Below, piece after piece: positions 57,584 through 64,000 of a stretch of DNA of 64,000 nt; the first letter of the stretch is position 1; every line of letters starts with the position of its first letter. The notes under the pieces were generated by a model, which saw nothing but the letters and a program-made list of their open reading frames with translations, did not search any database and was not told the origin of the DNA. A program made the translations under genes and the position numbers. Source of the DNA: Gemmatimonadales bacterium (GTDB lineage: Bacteria; Gemmatimonadota; Gemmatimonadetes; Gemmatimonadales; GWC2-71-9); contig JBFJCP010000014.1 in NCBI GenBank assembly GCA_041615815.1, positions 32,001 to 96,000 of the forward strand. The letters run 5' to 3'.

Positions 57584-58105
57584 TCAGGCCTCGGCGGCGT
57601 CCGCGCGCTCCCCAGCCGTGAGGGTGTCCTGCCGTCCCTCCTGCCAAAAGGCCATTGCCAGCGCGATGGCGCCGCAGGTGACGGCGATGTCGGCGACGTT
57701 GAAGGTTGGCCAGTGGAACGGACCGATCCAGACGTCAATGAAGTCGATCACGCCTTGGGCGCTACGGATGCGGTCCACGAGATTCCCCACCGCGCCACCA
57801 CACACGAGGCCGAGCGCGGTGAGGCGGAACCACTGGGACGGATGGGTGCGCTGAGCCATGGTCCCCAGCACCACCAGGGCGGCGATCGCGAGCCCCATGA
57901 ACACCCACCGCGAATACTCGCCCACGTGAATCCCGAACGCGGCACCCGGATTGTAGACGAGCCGGAAGAGCAGCCAGTCTCCAACCACACGGACCGGGAT
58001 CCGGGATAGTGTGCTGACGGCGATCTGCTTGGTGATGAGGTCCAGCACCACCACCGTGACGCCAACAGCCCAAAACAGCCTCCGCCAATTACGCCCGTTT
58101 TCCAT
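57584..58105 (-). CDS. lspA: Lipoprotein signal peptidase II
   Basis: DLITK, NPGAAFG, GGAVGNLVDR, VIDFI, FNVAD; ATG 58105. Confidence 0.96.
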   Translation of the reverse strand: MENGRNWRRLFWAVGVTVVVLDLITKQIAVSTLSRIPVRVVGDWLLFRLVYNPGAAFGIHVGEYSRWVFMGLAIAALVVLGTMAQRTHPSQWFRLTALGLVCGGAVGNLVDRIRSAQGVIDFIDVWIGPFHWPTFNVADIAVTCGAIALAMAFWQEGRQDTLTAGERADAAEA

Positions 58106-58472
58106 CTTCTTCCTTGGCCTTGCACTTGATGCAGAGTCTCGCATGCGGAAGGGCGTCGAGCCGCTCGAAGCCGATGGCCTCGCCGCACTCGTGACACTGC
58201 CCGAATTTGCCCGGATCAAAATAGAGTCGCCGCAACGCCTCGTTGACGTGCCAGAGGTAGCGGCCCTCTTTGGACGCAAAGAGGAACTGTTTCTCGCGCT
58301 CCATCGCGTCGGTCCCCTGGTCCGCCATGTGGAACGAGTATGACGACAGGTCCCCGTCGGAAGACTGCAGGGTACCGCTGAACTGCTCGCCATAGTAGCC
58401 GAGCTCCTTCATGACGCGGCTGCGCTCTTCCAACAGCCGCTTCTCCAGGTGGGCCAGCTGTTTCTTGTTCAT
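58089..58472 (-). CDS. dksA: TraR/DksA C4 zinc-finger protein
   Basis: Coiled coil with HMADQGTD tip; CHECG..I..ERL.ALP.ARLCIKC. Confidence 0.85.
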   Translation of the reverse strand: MNKKQLAHLEKRLLEERSRVMKELGYYGEQFSGTLQSSDGDLSSYSFHMADQGTDAMEREKQFLFASKEGRYLWHVNEALRRLYFDPGKFGQCHECGEAIGFERLDALPHARLCIKCKAKEEDGKRA

Positions 58473-61400
58473 CGTGTATTCCCGCCGCTCCCGCGGCTCT
58501 TCGAATCGGCCGGCGGCCCGTCGTGTCGGCGAAGCGACAGGACGACCTCGCGACCATCGATGTCCACTGTTTCACGCACGTCGGATGTAGAAAGGTCCCT
58601 TCCTACCTCGACGTGCCGAGCCAGGGTCTCCCCGGCGATGAAGCTTCGGAAAGCCCCGGCAGCCGCCAAGACATCTCCAGCGCCGGAGATGCTCAATTCG
58701 ATCCGTGTATTGTAATCGTACGCGGCCTCTTTGCGCAGGCGCTGGACCCGATTGACGACTTCCCGGGCCACGCCTTCGCTGCGCAGCTCGTGGGTGAGCT
58801 CCGGATCCAAGGCCACCACCAGCGGTCCTTCGCTCTCCACCAGCCAATCGGTGATGACCTCACGCTCGACGATCACGTCCTGGGGCTGGTACTCGAACGT
58901 GCGGCCGTTTACCTGGACGGTCTGTGGCGCTCCACCTTCGAGCGCGCGCAGCTGATCGGCGGTGAGCTGGGCGGTTGCCCGCGCGGCCACGGGCGTGTCC
59001 TTTGCATAAACCTTGCCAAGCGTGCGGAAGTTCGGTTTCGCCCGGAGCCGCACGAGGTCCTCATCAGAGGCCACCATACTCACTTTGCGAACGTTCACCT
59101 CACCCGCGAGGAGATCGAGCAATTCCCGGGACACATGACTGCGCACGGCGCCGGGCATGGCCACGCGCATTTGCGCCAAGGGCTGCCGCACCCGGAGATT
59201 GGCCCGCTCCCGGGCGGCGCGGGCGAGAGACGCCAGTCGGCGGACCGCGTCCATGGCGGTCTCGAGTCCCTCCACGCGGCGGCCGCAATCCTCCGGGATC
59301 GGGCTCAGGTGCACCGACGTGCCGGTCAACCGCCGGTGGATCGCGTCGCTGAGGAAGGGAGCTGCCGGCGCCAGGAGCCGCGTGACGGCCACGAGCGCCT
59401 CGTGGAGTGTGGCGAGCGCCGCCGGGTCCGCGGCGGTGTCCGGCGCCCAGAAGCGCGGACGGTTGACCCGTACGTACCAGTTGGACAATTCCTGATCGCA
59501 AAACTGCATGATGGCCCGCGCCCCGGTCGTGACGTCATAGCCAGACCACGCCTCCCGCACCGCCCTGCTCAGCGAATCGAGTCGGGAGAGGAGCCAACGA
59601 TCCACCAGCGGGCGCTCCGCTGCCGACGGGGCGCCGGTCTCCGGTGTCCACGCTTCGGCATACAGCGCGAAGAAGCCATACGTATTGCGGAGCCGCGTCA
59701 GGAACCCAAGCGAGACCTCGGGAATCTGACTCGGATCGAACCGCTTCTCCAGCCACACCTGGCTCGAGGCCACCAAGTACAACCGAACCGCGTCCGCACC
59801 GAATTGGCGGACCACGTCCACGGGGTTCACCACGTTGCCGAGCCGCTTGGACATCTTGCGTCCCTCGGCGTCGAGCACGAGCCCATTCACGATCACGTGG
59901 CGGTATGCCGGACCGTCGCGAACGCCCACGGCAATGGCGAGGAGCGAATAGAACCACCCGCGGGTCTGATCGAGCCCCTCGCAAATGAAATCCGCTGGGA
60001 AGTGTTCCTCGAACGCCTCCCGATGCTCGAAGGGGTAGTGCCATTGCGCAAACGGCATGGCGCCGGAATCGAACCAGGCGTCGATGACCTCCGGGGTGCG
60101 CCGCATCACGCCGTCGCACTCGCGACAGCGAAACGTCAGCTCGTCGATGAACGGCTTATGTGGATCGAAGTCCTCGGGGAGGGCACGCCCAGCCTGCGCG
60201 GCCAGCTCCTGATAGGACCCAATGACGACCCGGTGCTCCTTGGGATCGCGATCGCAGAGCCAGACGGGGAGGGGGGTGCCCCAATATCGATCGCGGGAGA
60301 GCGCCCAATCCACGTTGTTCTCGAGCCATTCACCAAACCGACCCGCCCCTACCTCCGGGGGGTTCCAGTCCACCGCCCGGTTGACCTCGATCATCCGGTC
60401 TTTGAAGGCCGTCGTACGCACAAACCACGATTCCCGCGCGTAGTAGATGAGGGGTTCGTCGCACCGCCAACAAAAGGGATACGTGTGTTCGTACCCTTTG
60501 GGCTCATAGCGCCCGAAAACCTTGCCTTCCGCCACGAGCCGATCCGCGATGATCTGGTTGGCTTCGAACACCGTGAGCCCTTCGATCGCATCCCAGTTGG
60601 TGGCGGTAAACCGACCACTGGCGTCCACGGGGTTCACGAAGAACAGCCCCTCGCTCATCACGGTGGCATAGTCGTCGGCCCCGAAAGCCGGAGCCATGTG
60701 CACGAGCCCCGTTCCTTCTTCGTTCGTGACGAACTGGCCGGCCACGACGCGAAACGCCCGCGCCGCGTCCACCTCGACCGCGTCGAGCAGCGGCTCGTAC
60801 CGTTGGTCCACCAGATCCGCCCCGCGCCACGTGCCGACCGTGGACAGACTCGCCAGGGGTGCGCCGCCGGTGGCACCGGGGATGGCCTTGGTGCGGGCGA
60901 TGGTCTCTTCCACGATGATGCGTCGTCCGTCGCCGACTTCCAGCTCCAAATATTGAAAGTCGGGATGCACGGCGATGGCGACGTTGGATGGCAAGGTCCA
61001 GGGTGTCGTGGTCCACACGAGCAAATAGCGATCGTCTTCCCCAACCAGCCGGAACAGCGCGTATATGGACGGACTGCGATGCGTGGCGTAACCCTGCGCC
61101 AATTCGTGGCTGGACAACGTCGTTCCGCACCGTGGACAGTACGGCAGCACCTTGTGCCCCTGATAGAGTAGGTCGCGATCGGCGAGTTGCTTCAGGATCC
61201 ACCACACACTCTCGACGTAGTCGTTGGCATAGGTCACGTAAGGACGTTCGTAATCGAGCCAGTATCCAATGCGCTCGGAGAGAGCCTCCCAGTCTTCTTT
61301 GTATCGAAACACACTCTCCTTGCATCGCCGATTGAACTCTGCCACCCCGAGACGCTCGATATCCGGCTTGCCGCTGATCTCCAGCGCTTTCTCGACCTCA

Positions 61401-61681
61401 ATCTCCACCGGGAGCCCGTGGGTATCCCACCCGGCAATCCGTGTCACGGATCGGCCCAGCATCGTGTGATACCGATTGATCAGGTCCTTGATGGTCCGCG
61501 CGAAGACGTGGTGGATCCCGGGCCGCCCGTTGGCGGTGGGCGGGCCTTCGTAGAACACGAACGGTTGGCCGTCGCGGGTGCGTTCCAGTGTGCGCCCGAA
61601 CAAATCCTCGGCGCGCCATTGCTCGAGGAGACCGCGCTCCAAGACGTCGGGCTCTTCTGCGGGCAGTGGATCGTAAGGCAT
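58469..61681 (-). CDS. ileS: Isoleucine--tRNA ligase (type 2)
   Basis: EGPPTANGRPGIHH, GWDTHGLPVE, WTTTPWTL, SRDRYWGTP, EGLDQTRGWF, KMSKR; ATG 61681. Confidence 0.97.
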   Translation of the reverse strand: MPYDPLPAEEPDVLERGLLEQWRAEDLFGRTLERTRDGQPFVFYEGPPTANGRPGIHHVFARTIKDLINRYHTMLGRSVTRIAGWDTHGLPVEIEVEKALEISGKPDIERLGVAEFNRRCKESVFRYKEDWEALSERIGYWLDYERPYVTYANDYVESVWWILKQLADRDLLYQGHKVLPYCPRCGTTLSSHELAQGYATHRSPSIYALFRLVGEDDRYLLVWTTTPWTLPSNVAIAVHPDFQYLELEVGDGRRIIVEETIARTKAIPGATGGAPLASLSTVGTWRGADLVDQRYEPLLDAVEVDAARAFRVVAGQFVTNEEGTGLVHMAPAFGADDYATVMSEGLFFVNPVDASGRFTATNWDAIEGLTVFEANQIIADRLVAEGKVFGRYEPKGYEHTYPFCWRCDEPLIYYARESWFVRTTAFKDRMIEVNRAVDWNPPEVGAGRFGEWLENNVDWALSRDRYWGTPLPVWLCDRDPKEHRVVIGSYQELAAQAGRALPEDFDPHKPFIDELTFRCRECDGVMRRTPEVIDAWFDSGAMPFAQWHYPFEHREAFEEHFPADFICEGLDQTRGWFYSLLAIAVGVRDGPAYRHVIVNGLVLDAEGRKMSKRLGNVVNPVDVVRQFGADAVRLYLVASSQVWLEKRFDPSQIPEVSLGFLTRLRNTYGFFALYAEAWTPETGAPSAAERPLVDRWLLSRLDSLSRAVREAWSGYDVTTGARAIMQFCDQELSNWYVRVNRPRFWAPDTAADPAALATLHEALVAVTRLLAPAAPFLSDAIHRRLTGTSVHLSPIPEDCGRRVEGLETAMDAVRRLASLARAARERANLRVRQPLAQMRVAMPGAVRSHVSRELLDLLAGEVNVRKVSMVASDEDLVRLRAKPNFRTLGKVYAKDTPVAARATAQLTADQLRALEGGAPQTVQVNGRTFEYQPQDVIVEREVITDWLVESEGPLVVALDPELTHELRSEGVAREVVNRVQRLRKEAAYDYNTRIELSISGAGDVLAAAGAFRSFIAGETLARHVEVGRDLSTSDVRETVDIDGREVVLSLRRHDGPPADSKSRGSGGNTR

Positions 61682-62511
61682 CAGGGCATGCGCTCCAGGA
61701 CGGTGCTGACGAGACGGGTCAGATTGGGCTCCGCTCGCTGTGCCACCGCAATGATCTTCTGGATGTCCGCAGGCTCCAGCGCGTCCGGGAGGCACATGTC
61801 CGTGATGATGGAGATTCCCAGCACTCGCATCCCGCCATGGATGGCCACGATGACCTCTGGGACCGTCGACATCCCGACCACGTCCGCCCCGATGCGTCTG
61901 AGAAATCGATACTCAGCACCGGTCTCGAGGTTTGGCCCCGTGACGGCGACGTACACCCCCTCGCGCATGACGATCTGGAGCGCTCGGGCCGCCTCGCGGG
62001 CCAGCGCCCGCAATCCCGGATCGTACGGAGCGGACATATCCGGAAAACGCGGTCCCAACGCGTCGTCGTTGGGCCCCACCAACGGATTGTCGCCCAGCAG
62101 ATTGATATGGTCCGCGATCAATACCAGATCGCCAGCCTGCCACAACGGATGCATGCCTCCACATGCATTCGACACGACGAGGGTCTCCGCTCCCAGGGCA
62201 CGCATCACCCGCACCGGGAACGTGATCTGCTGCATCGAGTACCCCTCGTAGCGATGGAATCGACCCTGCATGGCCACGACGGCCTTACCGCCGAGTGTTC
62301 CCAGCAGGAGGCGCCCCGCGTGGGTCTCCACGGTCGAGAGTGGGAAGCCGGGGATCTGGTCGTACCCGATGGCTGACGCCACCGTCATCTCATCCGCGAG
62401 TCCCCCCAGTCCCGTGCCGAGAATGAGCGCCACGGTCGGATCCACCTCGCTCTGCTGCCGAACCGCGGCCACGGCCTCTCGAATGGACTGCGGAAGCGCG
62501 ACCGTTGTCAC
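61681..62511 (-). CDS. punA: Purine nucleoside phosphorylase (trimeric)
   Basis: ILGTGLG, QGRFHRYEG, GPRFPDMS, GPNLET, VGMSTVPE. Confidence 0.94.
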   Translation of the reverse strand: MTTVALPQSIREAVAAVRQQSEVDPTVALILGTGLGGLADEMTVASAIGYDQIPGFPLSTVETHAGRLLLGTLGGKAVVAMQGRFHRYEGYSMQQITFPVRVMRALGAETLVVSNACGGMHPLWQAGDLVLIADHINLLGDNPLVGPNDDALGPRFPDMSAPYDPGLRALAREAARALQIVMREGVYVAVTGPNLETGAEYRFLRRIGADVVGMSTVPEVIVAIHGGMRVLGISIITDMCLPDALEPADIQKIIAVAQRAEPNLTRLVSTVLERMP

Positions 62512-63011
62512 GAATCCTCCGGCATCCGCGGCACGGCGCCATCGTTTGCATGACGCGACAATGCTTCGACCTGGGCCATGTACCGTTCCAACAGCGACCG
62601 AAACGCCGTGAGATATCCGCTGAACTCATGGTGCGCGGATTCAATGTCCCGGCGAAGCGTCACTTCGCGGGTGCGAGCCGCCGACACGATCTGCTCGGCA
62701 CGCACTCGCGCCTCCTGCAACACGAGCTCCATCTGCTTCTTGGCCGCCTCCTCGGCATCCTGCCGCACCGTCTGCGCCAGCAAGACACCGTCGTTGATCG
62801 CTTTCTCGCGGTCGCGGTATGCCTTCAGTTGCTCGCGCATGTTGTTGAGCCGCTCTTCGAGCAGCACGCGCTCTCGAAACAACCGCTCCATCTCGTCGGC
62901 CACGCGCGCTTTGAAGTCTTCGACGTCGGCGCGATTGTAGCCAAACATCTCTCGGTGGAATTCCTGACCACGGACATCGACCGGTGTGAGGCGGAATGCG
63001 TCATCGTTCAT
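62508..63011 (-). CDS. divIVA: DivIVA-domain protein
   Basis: LTPVDVRGQEF...FGY....VEDF...V followed by a long coiled coil; ATG 63011. Confidence 0.9.
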   Translation of the reverse strand: MNDDAFRLTPVDVRGQEFHREMFGYNRADVEDFKARVADEMERLFRERVLLEERLNNMREQLKAYRDREKAINDGVLLAQTVRQDAEEAAKKQMELVLQEARVRAEQIVSAARTREVTLRRDIESAHHEFSGYLTAFRSLLERYMAQVEALSRHANDGAVPRMPEDS

Positions 63012-63703
63012 TGTGGGCGTTCTCCAAACAACACGGTCCCCAAACGCAGAATAGTGGCGCCTTCTGCCACGGCCGCGGGAAAATCCCCCGACATCCCCAT
63101 CGAAAGCGCCGGTAACCGCCACCCCTCTCCCGACAGCGCCTCTCGCAAGCCGCGCAGCGCTCCAAATACGGCCCGCTGTCGTCGCTCATCGTCCGTGAAG
63201 GGCGCCATCGTCATCAGCCCCTCCAGCCTGAGATGGGCGCTCGCCCCAATTCGCCCCGCGAGCTCACTCGCCATGACAGGGTCGCACCCACTCTTCTGTG
63301 TCTCCCCTGCCACGTTGACCTGGAGTAACACCGGCAACCTGGCGTCCGGCGCGAGCCGACCCATCGCCTGTTCGAGCGCCCGTGCCACTCGCTCGGAATC
63401 CACGGATTGCACCATGGCAAACCGGTTCGGGACGAGCTTGGCCTTGTTGGTCTGGAGGTGGCCGATGAGGTGCCAACGGACCGGCACGGTCGCCAGTTCC
63501 TCCTGTTTGCGCAACGCTTCCTGTACACGATTCTCTCCCACATCCAGGAGCCCGGCCGCACACGCCGCCTGGACGGCGAGTGGGGGGTGTCCCTTCGTCA
63601 CCGCCACGATGCGCACGTCGCCCGCGAGCCCCTCACGGGCCTGAATGCCGGCGATCGTCTCGCGCACCCGGGCCAGGTTTCCCGGAAGCGCGTCAAAAGT
63701 CAT
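63008..63703 (-). CDS. yggS: PLP homeostasis protein YggS
   Basis: VAVTK, GENRVQE, WHLIGHLQTNK, GLMTM, LSMGMSGD, RLGT.LFG; ATG 63703. Confidence 0.95.
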   Translation of the reverse strand: MTFDALPGNLARVRETIAGIQAREGLAGDVRIVAVTKGHPPLAVQAACAAGLLDVGENRVQEALRKQEELATVPVRWHLIGHLQTNKAKLVPNRFAMVQSVDSERVARALEQAMGRLAPDARLPVLLQVNVAGETQKSGCDPVMASELAGRIGASAHLRLEGLMTMAPFTDDERRQRAVFGALRGLREALSGEGWRLPALSMGMSGDFPAAVAEGATILRLGTVLFGERPQ

Positions 63704-63711
63704 AGCCTTGA

Positions 63712-63740
63712 AACTTAGTCGCCAGGTTGGGGGGCTACAA
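63712..63740 (-). promoter_or_regulatory. Putative sigma70 promoter for the yggS-divIVA-ileS operon
   Basis: TTGTAG (63740-63735), 17 nt, TAAGTT (63717-63712); 8 nt to the ATG. Confidence 0.5.
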
Positions 63741-63815
63741 CGTGAATGGGCGGGATGGAGATGAGCCCAACGGGCCAAACGCGGCGTCCCACGCGATCGC
63801 CCATCCCGCGCACTC

Positions 63816-64000
63816 TCACTGACTGTCCGGAAACACCTCGAAGCTGTCCGGCGGCTCCACGCCCAACTGGGCGTCGAGGAGCAGATCCGCCAGCTGCGGG
63901 ATGGGCGCCAGCTTGAAGGCCCGCTGCAAGTTCTCCAAGGCGCGCGCCGAATTCCCTGCGGCGGCGTAGGCCTGCCCCAGCGCATAAAACGGATAACTCA
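63816..64000 (-). CDS. 3' end of a TPR-containing protein entering from the right edge
   Basis: Manual translation ...SYPFYALGQAYAAAGNSARALENLQRAFKLAP...FPDSQ*, a single TPR-like motif. Confidence 0.6.
   Translation of the reverse strand, partial: SYPFYALGQAYAAAGNSARALENLQRAFKLAPIPQLADLLLDAQLGVEPPDSFEVFPDSQ

Noticed and set aside
57560..57586. Selenocysteine recoding of the lspA TGA
   Set aside because: No Cys-equivalent catalytic position and no convincing SECIS hairpin seen downstream.
58523..61171. 882-aa plus-strand ORF (also 45499-47514, 43598-45175, 54142-55830)
   Set aside because: Antisense to clearly identified genes (ileS, DnaA-like, DUF4388, cheA); typical GC-rich artefacts.

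Overview
A high-GC bacterial chromosomal window, probably Gemmatimonadota (inferred from gene content: diderm envelope proteins plus DivIVA, MglAB and type-2 IleRS). It is almost entirely coding on the minus strand. In transcription order it holds: yggS-divIVA-punA-ileS-dksA-lspA-rluD; an ~18 kb chemosensory/polarity supercluster (cheW-cheY-cheA-cheC, large TPR protein, two DUF4388/PATAN-TPR proteins with MshEN-like motifs, three Roadblock proteins, mglA, a tandem DnaA-like AAA+ ATPase lacking the DNA-binding domain, cheR-cheD-cheB-cheW-cheW, TPR protein, HExxH peptidase; no chemoreceptor); tRNA-Val; a secreted TPR protein; tRNA-Asp; the dcw cluster (rsmH to ftsZ) followed by M23 peptidase, hisA-like, vWA protein, ftsY and recG; a three-gene cassette (beta-propeller lipoprotein, CxxC thioredoxin-like protein, small secreted 4-Cys peptide); acyl-CoA dehydrogenase; asnS; and alr-deoB-cdd-eutN-lipoprotein-beta-barrel-mtaB. 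Plus-strand genes are mazG, a BamB/PQQ-like propeller, a hypothetical protein and a pterin carbinolamine dehydratase. The best candidates for undescribed systems are the Che-MglAB-tandem-DnaA module and the secreted disulfide-peptide cassette. Also notable are two apparent non-canonical starts (ACG, ATT), several near-leaderless sigma70 promoters, and a terminator hairpin with a promoter -10 in its loop. All calls come from reading motifs by eye; no searches were run.
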